Part shown: piece by piece, positions 23,410 through 36,900 of the stretch
How the letters are laid out: the number at the start of each line of letters is the position of its first letter
Numbering within the stretch: position 1 is the first letter of the stretch
From: Phoronis australis
Taxonomy: Eukaryota; Animalia; Phoronida
Reading direction: 5' to 3'
DNA: 64,000 nucleotides
NCBI GenBank assembly: GCA_002633005.1
Contig: NMRA01000023.1
Location: forward strand, 484,621 to 548,620
Made by a program: the position numbers and the translations under genes
The notes under the pieces: generated by a model
What the model was told of the DNA's origin: nothing
What the model saw: the letters and a program-made list of their open reading frames with translations, nothing else
Databases searched by the model: none

Positions 23410-26207
23410 CACAGGCGCTCGAATTTCCCGATGACTCATAACCATATATAAGAAACATAAAGGTTGGACACAACTGTCCAAAACCCAAATAAAATCTGCG
23501 TGGACCTCCCTTAGCCCGGTACTGCATAAACATTCGAAGCCTTATCTTTCCTTGATCTCATTAAAGGAGCATGCCACCCAAAAAACAACCTAATTTGTAT
23601 CAGTTTAGATCGAGTAGTTCTACTCCATAACGACACGTACGGTTGCGTTACCTGACACCCGACGGCAGACGGAGGTGTTGAAATTATCCAATGACGTCAT
23701 CGGTTTCACACGCAGTCTGTTCAGCAGTTCACAACACGGGTTACTGGTGTCAGCTTATCGCTTGAAGTCATTGTTTAACATCAATAAATCATCAAACTTT
23801 GATGTAAAACCCTTAAAAATACACCGAATTCTTACAAAAAACGTGTTGTTTTATTTCGCTCTTACGGATTTATTGGTATTTGGACACACCGTAGCCAACA
23901 AAGTTTGGCAGGCTAATAAGGTACCGTAGCAGCAGTTTAGGGTCTGTACGGAGATAATTTCGAAGTATTTTCCGTGAGATACAGACAGGAGAACCTACAC
24001 CTGTGTTGTTTAGACTTGTGAGTTTTTGAGTTCTAAACACAAAATGCTTGTTATCCTGGCCAATGGCTCGGAGCTCGATCAGGCCCGTCGCGGCCGGCCG
24101 GATTGACTCGGCGTTATCCCGGCCAGTGGCTCGGAAACTGATCAGACATCACAAACATAAACCAGCCAAAGTTCAGTGGAATCTAAACTTCCAGTCAAGA
24201 AAATAATATAATAGTGAGCCAAAGTAATGTGCACCTGATTATGTTGGTGAATTAGCCACGAAACTGCAAATCTACTAACTCCGTCGGGGGCCGCGAATTC
24301 AGGTTCCGCTTTGGCCACAGCACAGTCAGGGCAGAAGTTGTACATTGACAATCATTATTTGAGTAAATTAAATGTAAATGTAAATAAAGATTCCCCTAAC
24401 ACCTGGCCGTGGGATGGAAATCGAGTTGTTTCACAACAGTTTCTGCCAGCAAACACTAAATTAGCATGAGCTCACACAGCCTCGGTGTCCCGTCAATTAG
24501 TTTTATTGCACCTAAAGCCGGTAACGCAGTGATTTATTCATTGCTGGCTTCTCAAATCATTTGCACTCACGAACACTCCAAAGGCATTACAAATTGCATC
24601 TAATGAGACAGACTTTGTTTCAGTTTTATATAAATATTGGTTAGGGTGAGAATAATTCATTTTGAAACAGAACGCTCAGTAATAAATGCCAACATAGCAA
24701 CTCGCAATCCCGACTTAGAACGAGCTAGAGCTCATCAGTCCCGACTTCGCAGGTGGATCGTTAAGTTTTACAGGCTATCAATTCGAACAGGAATACAGTG
24801 ATGAAGAAATACGAGAGAGGCGCATTGAACAAGCTCAGACAACGGAACGTATGGAGTTATTTAGTAAGCCGGCATTCGTCAGGCACTGTCGACGTCTGCA
24901 GGCCACAGACACGGAGATGTTTCACGGCCTCATACTTGCTATTTACAGCGTATATTTCATTCTTCACTACCATGAGCCACTTCCTAAGCATTTCGGACTC
25001 TTGAGGAAGTAAAAAAAAACGATATACCCGCTTTCCTCGCAGCTGCTTAGTTCGGACAAGCGGGAACGATGCACCGTAACTTAGCAGCATTCACTCTGCA
25101 TATGAACCACTGACGTTGCTAGCGTCGTTTCTCACCTTCCTCACAGGTTAACGCGACACCTCTTGGCAAGGTTAGGTCGACCGTATGCGAGGCGATGTGG
25201 ATATAGACCGATTAAGACGGCAAAAAAGACTAATTAAATCGGGTGGCACTCTCCTTTAATTGTCCTTGTGAGTGGTGAATTGGCGATGGAATTTCCAAAA
25301 CAATCTCAAAACTCTGAATTCAAGGACCTATAAAAAACATGGCGGATTTCAGTTGTGCTTCAACTTGTACGCCTGTCGTAGGTGAAACTTCGAGTTTGAG
25401 CAAGCAACCTACATTTCAAATTCAATGATAATTCTAATCCAAAACTTAACTGATTGAAAATGTTAAAGCCAGTATTTTAATGATTATTAGTAATATAATT
25501 CCACTGCCAGCTCATTTTAGCCCTTAACTTAAAATTTTACTGCATAAACTGGCGTATCTTGTTTTTCATCTTGACATCAGGCACTTTTCTTGGTTGAAGC
25601 ACAACACACACTAGGCCAGGAAACGCAGTCCATGCGAGTATTACAATGCGCGTAGACGACGAGTTAACTCATTGGCTTTGGCCAAAAGTGAAACCTTCAT
25701 AAGAAATCCAAGTACACAAAATAACTTCGCATATCAATACAGTATCAGGATAATTTATATTTGACACAAATATCTGAGTAGTTACATTTATTTGGCAATG
25801 ATATTTTTAAAGTGCTCTCTGCTTCTCATGACCAAGTAGTCAAGGGATTGACGATGAAAGGCGCGCGAAAATAGAATTTCTGATTTAGCTCGGGAGCGTC
25901 TGCCAAAAACCTGGATGTGCAAACACCGTCTGCCATGACATCACAGAAATGAGAATAAGGTCCTTGAATTTGTGATTTTGACGTTCTTTTGTCATTTTTG
26001 TAGTCAAATCACCACTCGAAGGCAATATGAAGAGATCAAATGAAAGAAGGTATTCTAAGATTTGTTCGATGGTAGTTTCGTGGAGTTCCATGCACATTTG
26101 AGTAGAAAATTCTGAGCAAACAGGTTTTGAGTGTCCAACCTTTATGTTTTCTTAGTATTGAGTGACGCCATTTGCGATCAAGGAACAGATAAACTCAAGC
26201 GCCTGTG
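23410..26207. mobile_element. Non-autonomous element with CAC...GTG termini (CMC/Chapaev/Transib-like; superfamily uncertain)
   Basis: cacaggcgctcgaattt / aaactcaagcgcctgtg, plus a second inverted block aagaaacataaaggttggacac / gtgtccaacctttatgttttctt. No clean TSD. Confidence 0.65.
23565..25255. mobile_element. Kolobok DNA transposon, internally deleted, nested
   Basis: TTAA TSD at 23561-64 and 25256-59. TIRs aggagcatgccaccc / gggtggcactctcct. Minus-strand THAP-like remnant (FFLLP...RKWL...LRVC, ~24880-25100) and plus-strand KolX-like GYQFEQEYSDEE (~24770). Confidence 0.8.
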
Positions 26208-26227
26208 AACACTAACAGCTAGCTGGC

Positions 26228-27437
26228 TAGGCAATGACCATCGCCTCTGTTGGCCCGAACCAGAGGCGATGTAGAGGCTATAGGCGCTCTGTACGCCGGA
26301 AGCTTTTCGGCGAATTATGCCTCGCACCGACTAAACCATCAAAGTCACGTTGTTATAAATACCTTTTGCGCATAGAGAACACCTTAGGAGGTTGTCGATG
26401 TGTTTAAGTCCTTCCAACTCCAACAAATACTCCCGTTATGAAACTTTTTCTTCGATCAGTCCCTATTTCAGTTCCCAAAATCGTGAAATCAAAAATTTTG
26501 TACTGCGCACGCTCCAATTTTTCACCGCGCTCGCTAGGTGATGTGACTTCATAACCTCAATAATTTTTAAATAGGCCAAAGGTGAGCCATTGCGGTCTTG
26601 TGAGTCACATAACGCTTAATCGTCGTGAGAGACCGTCCCGAGTTGGTATGTGGTGCAACTCGGGACGGTCTGGGGTCTACAGAAAACCATAGTTCAACTG
26701 TGAGTCTACACCAATGTGATAAAGGAGAGTAGTTCTACTTTCTGCGTCAGCTGCTGGTATGCTTAGTTCTTTTATGACACACAATGTGCGACTGGGCAGA
26801 GCGTTTTCAAAATAATGTGGATAAATCAGTGGAGTATGAGACCCCTGAGGTCCCTGTCAAGTCCTCACGGCAATTTTACGTTATGAAATGTTCGTTTCCA
26901 AAATGCCACCACTTATACTTGTCTTTAATTGGCGTTACTTGAAACTGTTTGTATTTCAATGAATTATTGTTTGTATTTGATAAAAATAAATGCTGTTGAT
27001 ATGACATTTAATAGTCTTTGTGCACATATTTGACATTTTAATGTTTAACAACACGGCAAATGCACGGCTGGTTCCCGGCAGCACGTACGCAAAGGGCGGG
27101 AACTTCAGCTTTCAAAGTTCGCCGGTAGGATCGCAACTTCTGACCTTCGGCCTGGTTAAAAAAATACAAATTTTGATTTCACGATTTTGGGAACTGAAAT
27201 AGGGACTGATCGAAGAAAAAGTTTCATAACGGGAGTATTTGTTGGAGTTGGAAGGACTTAAACACATCGACAACCTCCTAAGGTGTTCCTCTATGCGCAA
27301 AAGGTATTTATAACAACGTGACTTTGATGGTTTAGTCGGTGCGAGGCATAATTCGCCGAAAGCTTCCGGCGTACAGAGCGCCTATAGCCTCTACATCGCC
27401 TCTGGTTCGGGCCAACAGAGGCGATGGTCATTGCCTA
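26228..27437. mobile_element. Young Mutator-like (MULE/foldback) non-autonomous element, ~275-bp TIRs, 9-bp TSD
   Basis: 26228-26502 is a near-perfect reverse complement of 27165-27437. TSD ctagctggc at 26219-27 and 27438-46. Confidence 0.9.
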
Positions 27438-27911
27438 CTAGCTGGCTAGCTAGGGCCGACTATGCTCAGTCAAGGAATGACATCTCTCAGACAACAGATG
27501 GGGCCAGGCAGCACAGTTCGTTCACACTTTATCAATAGCGCCTGTACTACTGTATTTTTTTTCTACGTTACACAGTCACACCGATGTAAAATTACCAATT
27601 CAGGTACCGTACCGTTGGCGTTGTACGTTTTCAACAGCGCCCTCAAGTGATGTTACCACAAAATTTTATTATGACTCATGTGTTTTTGTCGACTTTTTCG
27701 AATTTTTAAACAAATTCCTAATTTATGATGATCAAAAACTCGTCATAAATTCTTATAGATAAATAAAGGCATACCAATGTTGTGTATTTTACAGTAATTT
27801 TATAAAATCAAATCTATATTCAGAACATTGATAACCATTTTTGTACCACAACCAGAGAACTTCCTCGAAGAGCAAGTCTGAGTTCTAAAGAAGTAGATAC
27901 TTGTGCTTATA

Positions 27912-27960
27912 ATGGCTTCAGGAGACCGGCGAGATGAAAATTCGTGGGATAAAGGAAAAG
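27912..27960 (+). CDS. BAX: BAX exon 1 (putative)
   Basis: ataATGGCT MASGDRRDENSWDKGK|gttaat; phase 1 matches exon 2. Confidence 0.65.
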
Positions 27961-30900
27961 GTTAATAAAAAATAAGTTATAGGGTTACGGTACATAAGTT
28001 TGGACTGCAACTTGAAAGTCAACGTGATGCTGAACCTACACTGTCCACACATAAGCAGTACTGATTTTTTTTCTTCACACTGTCTCATTCACGTTAGTCG
28101 TCACTGAAGGCTGTACTGAATGTAGTAATATAAACTTTTCTCTTAATCTACGGGAATTTGTTCTTTACCCTATTAATAAAGTCACTGATCTTTGAAGTGA
28201 GAAGTACTGGCTTCAATTCTTGGAACTAGATGATTTTTGACTTTCACTTAAGAGAATCGCCTGTGCTGTGGGGAATGCTGACATTCAGCAATGATCCTGT
28301 GATGAGATGACTCAATGGATTTACTTTTTCATTCATAAAATAAAGTATGTCATACAGTCCATCAAGAAATGGTCTCATTTTAATTCTAATTTAATATTAC
28401 TAATAATCGGTACCAATAGATATTTTATTTGTCAAGTTATGGGAACCAGTACTTATTTAGACCTCATTTTAATTCTTATGAAAATAACTGAAACAAAATT
28501 ATTTCAAATGATTCTTCAGAATCGTGCTTTGTGTCTGTTTCCAACAAGGCTAATGTGCAAGTATAATCACCAAAATGATGAGATTATGAATTTATCTGAA
28601 CTCCACACTGAATAACAATATAGTGCCTAGTAACTCTGAAAATTCGCTCACCCCCTCGATGACCAACCAGTGAACTTTTACATCCCCAGCACCATTTTTA
28701 GTGGCTCTGGTGGCTGAGGGATTGGCTAAGTGTATACCCAAGGTCACGATAGGTCGTCGACATGTTGTGAAAACCTGAGGTGTTTTGTGGAGGTGAATGA
28801 AAACTTTTGTGCTCATTATTAGATTAAACTTCTGGTACTTGCCACGTAAAACATTCAATGAACTAAAGAAAGAACACGTTTCACCAGCTAGCGAGATATT
28901 TTTTTCTAATTTCTCCTGCCTTTCGGTATATTTTGACACTATTCAAAAGTTATTGCTATCAGTTTGTAAGCTATCAACATAAAGAACACCGATGCTGTCC
29001 TATAAGGCAATGTTGGTGGACCAACTAATGTCATTATGCCAAGTTGCCATTGTTGGGTGAATTGGTCACACGGAGACACTGGCAAAACCAGCACCACTAT
29101 TTATAGGAAACTCACCTTTTTTAGGTTACGGTACAAATGTTATTCAATATCCTGTTTATTACACATCATGGCGAACTGCATTTGCTGCGGTATGGCTTTG
29201 CCAGGCTCAGACATACTTGCTCTTGTGATACTTGTCTCGATGGTTCATGACACTTACACACACAAAATTATCCACTTACCGTGTTGATTTCTTCTTGCAA
29301 ATTATAATGTTCTAAGTCATTATGTATCAACGAATTTTTCTTGGTGTTCTCTTGACTCGTGGCTATTTTTGTTTTTACCCGAGTAGTCCTTATGGACTTG
29401 TGGAGTTCTATTGTTACGTCAACTCATTTATGCCATAGTCGGATATAATTATTATTTGTTTCAATTTACTGAAGAGGTGCATTGCTTGAAAAACCTAATG
29501 TTTGGCAGCGAAATTCTTAAAAAAAATGTTTTTTGAACTACTTAGAATACCGAAGTTACAAGGCATAGCACACATTAGTGTCTGTGCACTGTAAACATAT
29601 TCATGGACTCTATGAGGATGAATATGTTGGATTTTTTCTGTGTATGCCTGTTTGTTGCTTCTTCAATGTAGACATTTTCGTAGCCTATGGGACAATAGTC
29701 TGAACTGTAAGTGAGGATTTATGTGTATAATGATCCGATGAAGCTAGTTTCTATAATGTTATCACAGCTTTGACCAAATTACTGTGGGCCAATGGTTTCC
29801 TTAAAAATTATTGATTTCCATCTGTCTACACTAATTTGAGACAGGAACAAAGCAGCTTGCCATTTATTGGCATGGGGAGTTCTAAAGTGAAGACACATCT
29901 ACATTGTCTTAAATAGTCAACGTGTTTACCACCTTCTGAATGAATTGGTGTTCTGCTACTTAAAAATTGTCTCATTGTCTTGTAAAGTTGAAGTCAGGAA
30001 CACCTGCGCATTGTTTTGTATTCACTTCACAGACTAAAACGATGCATTGATGAACATGCCATACAAAATGCAAGCACTCTCTTTAGGCACGCAAAACAGC
30101 ATCAACTAAACGCTTTCTGAGATACTAGCTTATGGGAGTAACTGCTGATTGACAAACAAAAATTACCAGCAATCAAACATGTGCCTTTGATGTGATTGTG
30201 TGATTCTTAATGGTTACGAGTTGATGCACTGTAGTTTGCTGTGAAACCGTTTATCGGTTGTGTAGTCACTGATGATGCTTCAAATGGCTAAAATTCTGTG
30301 AAACACCTGAAATCGTATATATGTATATACGGGAATATGAATGTAATCTTGAAAAGTTTTGTCATTTAACTTGTTTTAATGCTATTACCAAAAACTGATA
30401 TAAATGTTGTAGAAGTAACTTGTGTCAACCCTTAAAAATGGACCATGTTTGTGTTACATTTCCAATTGTAAATGGTTTGTGATACTTGGTCATTGATCTT
30501 GGCTTGAGACTGGAATATTTGAGCCGTATTATCCACTTAGTGAATTGTTAAATCTGGTTTGTTGTCTTGTTGGAACTTTAAAATTAGCGCGTAAGTAAAT
30601 AACGACATATCTATCCAATCCAACATTTCGGTTTATTTCATTAAACCATTCTCAAGAAAACAGTTACAAACACAAAACAAGCGAAACAGGTAGAAAAGAG
30701 ACTGTACAGGTACACATCAAAATGCATTGTGAGGGGGAGACCAGAAATCAAAACAGTTGGAGCTCAAATGAACCAGTGTTTCTATTGAGGTAACGCTCAG
30801 TATTATTCAACCATATATGCATAGCCTCCTTTATGAGGAGCGTCAGGCTGTTTTGTTCGAGTATCCTATCTGCCATATGATAAAGATTCTCAGATGAGCA

Positions 30901-33900
30901 TTGTTGCAATATTAAATTAAACAGTGACTATTGTATCCTTGCTGTGCCTACCCAATATCTCTTCCGAGTTGTGTCATGTTTGGTTCAATAAGTTGATGTG
31001 TAAAAGGATAATTCTCCACGGGAAAAGTTATTTTGCAGTAGTTAGCAGTATAGCAGTAATGCATAATAAAACCCACGAGCACTGCAGTAGCAGCCACTGA
31101 ACCTAATCCACCACATAAAATACATAAAAGTATTTCAACAATACTTATACGGAAGACACTGGCCTTGTCTAGCAGAAAGTGGCAAGAATAGTCGATGTGC
31201 AACAAAATCTCAAAATCAATGAATTAAGCTAATATCTTCAAAATATCACATAAGTACATTTTTCGTCCATAAAACCAATAATGTCCCTTTTAAAGATCAT
31301 GCAAATGGGTTAAGACTATTTAATTTAATTGACAAGGGAGTGTTACTCATCAGTATGCAGGAGTTTGCCATTGTGGATTGTCGGAGTTTGGCAGAATATT
31401 GTAGGGCTGACATGAAAGTAAATAGTCTTATCAGTCAGTCACATTGAAGTGATGTGTGAAGTCTTGTGATGGAAATCTGAGTACTGAGGTCTTGTGGACG
31501 ATAACACTATTAGGTAAATAACCATTATTTTGATATTACACCTGTTGAGGTGTAAATGAACTGTAAATAGTGGTAGTAATTACACTCACATGTTAGCTCA
31601 AGGTAATTTGTTCAGTCTTGAACTTGACCGTTGTGGATACCTGTCGTGGCTTTTTCAGATTCAACTTCCCAGAATTGGCAAATTGGTTTTGTGCATTTAT
31701 TTTCTTGTCAGCTTCTACCACTTCAAACTATAAAGTTTGGATGGTTGACGTATTTGGCTTAAAGTGGAACAAGCACGCTAATTCTTTGTTTCTGATTTCT
31801 TGGTCAAATTAGTTGGAAACACAACATGTAGCGATGGTGTGAATATCAAGTACGGTATGTTGAAAACACAACATATAGCGATGATGTGAATATCAAGTAC
31901 GGTATGTTGAAAACACAACATATAGCGACAGTGTGAATATCAAGTACGGTATGTTGAAAACACAACATATAGCGATGGTGTGAATATCAAGTACGGTATG
32001 TTGAAAACACAACATATAGCGATGGTGTGAATATCAAGTACGGTATGTTGAAAACACAACATATAGCGATGATGTGAATATCAAGTACGGTATGTTGAAA
32101 ACACAACATATAGCGATGGTGTGAATATCAAGTACGGTATGTTGAAAACAACATATAGCGATGGTGTGAATATCAAGTACGGTATGTTGAAAATTGCTAA
32201 ATGTTTTTAAGAACATTTTTTGCAAAAATTTTTGTTTTCACCTTTACAAGTTGTCAGTGAATATAACTGCACTTTGTTTAGCGTAGATGATGGTCAAATA
32301 GCATTGTTGTTTAGTTCCTGCTATACATTAGCGTAGTTAGGAGCATGCAAATATATCATTAATAGTCATTCCCAAATTTTCACTTTTGAGTTGCCATTTT
32401 TAGTGATCACCAGTACTTTGTGCAGCTGGTCAGTTCCTTAAAAGCACACTTGTCCGTTAAACACCCTGTTACTCAGAACTCCAACTCCCAAAATATATGA
32501 GGTTGTTTGTCTGTGAAAAGCAAACTGTACTGTTGTTGATATCCTGATATTTTATTTGATTCTGGCGCCAGAAGTGGCTTACATAAATGAATCTCTCTTT
32601 GGGCGTAAACTCAAATTGGTTGTTGAAACAAATTCCCAGCTGAGTCTTTAAAAATTAGATTTTTCAAAAAATTAAAATGGTCACACTTGACCCGATTTTT
32701 AAAAGGATGCTAAACCCAGTTTTGGCCTATTAGCAGATACTAAAAATAACTTTCACATCCAGTTCTCTGAAACAAAATAATGCACTGCAACCCTCGACAA
32801 CCCGTAAATGTTTGAAGGAAAATCAGAAAACTCCCTCAAAGTCTACTAAACGGGCAACCATGACCTACACTTTTAGCGAATTAGATGGCAACTGTGGGAA
32901 AAGATCACCCACCAAGGACCATAATGTCCAATCTGTGACCTAGGGAGCATGAGTTTTTAGTTGATTCTTGCCTTTAACTTGGAAGATAGACACCAATGAT
33001 GCATTAGCAGGTGACTGAATGAGGACTGGTGGAAATCATCAAAACAAGGTGTAGTATCCTTTTAGTTTTTTTGACCCCAACACCCTATGAGGCTATCCCT
33101 GACAAATATAGCAAGGGATGTTTATGATTCACTTAACTGTTATTATGTCGCAGTATAATCAAATACTACCCGGTAATTGAATTTACTGTTTTTGTGTACA
33201 TTAGCTTAATATAGGAAAGTTGGTGGGCTCGTGACTGTGTGTCATTGTTGGCAATCATCATGCATAGGTGGTCCTGGTAGTTACTAAATAACAACAATAA
33301 TTCAGTAAGTGTTGTTGGGTCTCAACTTTTGGTACCATATATATCCGACCAAATCCCTATGTGAATATTTTTGTGCATGTGCTACTGACGAGTACAACCA
33401 ACCATTACTCTCATCACTGACCGAAGTGCCTTGTCTTTTCTAACAGGAGGTATTTAGCATTTGAGTATTCTAGTTATTGATTCGATCACAGCTCTTGAAA
33501 TTTCCATTGACTTTTAAGTCCCAATAATTCTTGGGATGTAAAAATAATATCTTTATAATTAAACTAGTTACTCAGGGTCTACGGAATTGATCTTGGGTTG
33601 CATTTTCTGGATTTCAAGTGATTTTCGAACTTGGAAAGATCTGACCAATTATTGTGGCTGAAGACTTAACTCATTTGATGGACTGGAAGCAATATGTCCG
33701 GTTGCAACCAGTTGCATCATTGGGATTTTATTAATTGTGCATCGCAGTTTCTTGTAAGACTTTATTTATTTCAGATATTTGTTTGATTTTTATTTTCAGA
33801 TAAGCCAGGTCCTCTCAAGAGACATCTAAGTGTTGATGATATTGGCAACCAGGCACGCTATCTTATCAATCAGTTCATTAGGGACCGCATGGAGGCGGAT

Positions 33901-36900
33901 CATGTAGAAAACATACCGTCAGAAGATGTGTTCATAGAGCCTGGCACCCCTCAGGGTAAGATGGTTTGCTATTGGTGAATTTTAGCTCGTTTTTGTTGAG
34001 CCAGTTTGAAATTGATTGTCTTGGATTCAACATACGTTCACTGGAGCGATGCAATGAAACAGTGTTGCAGCTACCTCTTTTGGGACTGTTCTCAAATGAG
34101 TGTTGCAGCTGAAGTTCAAAGGCACTAAATTATTTTGAATATACCGACTGTAGCAGGTGTCTTGTGAGTGACAGTCATACTTCAGGCTACACATTGTACT
34201 CAAGTACTGGAGCATATTTATGACTATAGACATTGAAAAAATACCAGCAAAATGCTGATAGCAAAAGTGCCGTTTTTAATCAATCCTGGACAATGTGGTT
34301 TTAATTGGCCTTGTAAACGGTATTCTGTATATTACCGTATAAGAACATTTATGTAGTTTGTCTCACGGTACACTGGTGATAGGTGTCACTAGGTTGTGTG
34401 TGAATTTCTGTCTTGCAATTTTAGCCAGCAATGCGAAAGTATGACGCCCTTGAGTGAATAATCTGGTCACACAAATGCACAAGACTCACTATTTTTTTGT
34501 TATTTGTACGCATTTTATTTCCGTACCTACATTTTTGGATCAATTGATAAAAAATGCTTTATCATACTATAAATAAAAAATTTGATGCCAGATTGTCTTG
34601 ATATTCTCAAGATTACCTTGGAACATTTTCGGGCGATCAGTGCAATGGTCCCAACTGAGTGGCCATCGCATGTATGGTACAATATGTACCAGACCACCCG
34701 CAATTATTTTTGTTCATTTTTGGCTTGATAAACCACTTCCTCCTTATTTCATTTTTTTATGCTGGCCATGTTTGATCCTCTTAAAGCAATGCTCAATGCC
34801 CCGCAAATCTTAGTAGTTGTATCTTGCTTTGTTTTAGGACCTCCTGTTGAACAAATTCAAGAAGTTGCTCGCGCTCTACGAGTTATTGGTGATGAGTTGG
34901 ACCGTGATGAAAGGCTTAACAGGTAACTGTGTGATTTTCAACAATAATTAGGTGTACCAGAATGCAGCTAGGCTCTCAAAGCATGCAGCAGATTCTTGAG
35001 ATAAGAAGGCACTGGGATAGCCTCATGTCAAAATGACATACCACTTGAGAAAGTTTGGAGAAGTCTGTCTTTAGTCTTGGAAACATCTAACAAACTTGAA
35101 AACACTTTTCTTGAAAAGCCTGACGATAATAAGGATTTTCATGAGTGCACTCATGTTTGGACTTCTTTTTTAAAAAGAATGCATTAATGTGCACAGTATT
35201 AGCCATCTCCACAGTCTTTGCTGATAATATTGCGCAGTCTGGTGAAATGTACCACATCATCCGAATCTGTATGTGTTTCTCTGTTGTTACAAGCATTAAG
35301 TGACAATGCATTACCTTGGAAAACATAGCTGTTCTAATGCTGAGGAAGTACTCTGACATTGGGAGGCTCTGTAGCGATGAATCACAGCCATAAAATGTAG
35401 GCAGCCTAAACATGTTATCGTCTGAGGAGAATTTGGATATTCGTGCTAGAATTTATTCATGGGTAACTTCTTATAATGTCGTGTATGTTTCTTATCTTGC
35501 ACAGGATGATCGCTGATATCTCACCTGACTCCCCTCAGCAAACATTCATGAATGTGGCCAGACAGATATTTGCAGATGGTGTCTTCAACTGGGGAAGAGT
35601 CGTAGCACTGTTTTATTTCGGTTATAAAATGGTCGTCAAGGTAAAGTTTTTGGTTTCCAATGTTGTACTTGGGTGTTTGAATAGACCAGCCATGCTCAGT
35701 ACCTTCTAAACAAAGTCGGGCATTTATTCATTTCCATGTCATTACTGTTGATGACCAGGATGACTTGTTCTGTCAACTGTTGACTAATCAATGGTGAAGT
35801 CTCTTTGTACTTTAGACACATGATGGGGGGGGTTCTGGATCATTCTGTCTGGTATTTGGTGTGTATGCAAGGTTCTATTTGGCCACATGCCATCTCACCA
35901 AGTTATCTGTCATGTCACTGGATGATTACAAGCAGACAACCATCCCACAATGCATTTGATAAATGATGGCAGCACTGTAGATGAAATCGGCTAAATACAT
36001 ATCTGACCAAATTTTTTATAAGCTGCATCATTGATTTGAAGCCCAAAGCCCAACCAAAAATTCAACAACCCAAATGCACTATTTCATCAGTCCGTGGCCT
36101 TAGTAGTGTTGAAAACTTCAAATTATCTTCAATTCATAACTGAATGTTTTACCTGTAGTATTTTAAGGACTCAACAAAGTTTAACGATTACGTCGCTGAA
36201 ATGGTTCATCGTCACTAACTTGATTTATTCCAATTTGAAGTTTGTGATTTTGGTTTGACCCATTTCACTGATGCTTTGTGGGAGTTTAAGGAAATGTCCC
36301 AGCCTTTGAAAGTATTTTTCATTTTATTCCATTGTAGGCCATCAACAGTGTACCTCTCATTAGGACAATTATAGACTGGATAGTCGGCTTTATTATCGAC
36401 TACGTAGCACCTTGGATTCTGGAACGCGGTGGATGGGTATGTTTCCGTACTTTATGTGGTCAGAGCTCAGCAGTATGCACTGTGCTCAGTGTAATTCTTG
36501 AAGGAAAATGTCTGTGTATGTTGAGGGCTTGGGACTTTTTAAAATGATTTTAGCCAAGTCAACTTTTAGAGAAACTGAATATAGAAAACATATCATTAAG
36601 TAGAAATGATTTTCTTGCAGTAGTTTTTGTAAACAAGAAATTTGATGTAATGTTTCTGTGTTTCAACATGATACGGCATAGTTCAACTTTAATGAAAGAC
36701 ATTGTGAAGCCTGTCCGGCAATCAGGGACTCGTTTTATCAAAGGTAGTAAGTCTGGTCGTAGCTAAGGCAGTCATAATTTCAGTTTTTATTTGCATACAG
36801 TTTATTAACGAGGATCATGAAAATGTTCATGAAAAATTTTTACTTTTAAGCATCAGTTGCAACATTTCACTCTTATAACAAATCTACCGTCACATTTGCA

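Noticed and set aside
28592-28939. 115-aa minus-strand ORF in BAX intron 1
   Set aside because: No domain similarity recognised and no supporting splice sites; probably a chance ORF or TE debris.
31818-32192. Regular 47-bp repeats resembling a CRISPR array
   Set aside because: Units are contiguous and near-identical with no unique spacers, there are no cas genes, and it lies in a eukaryotic intron: a minisatellite.
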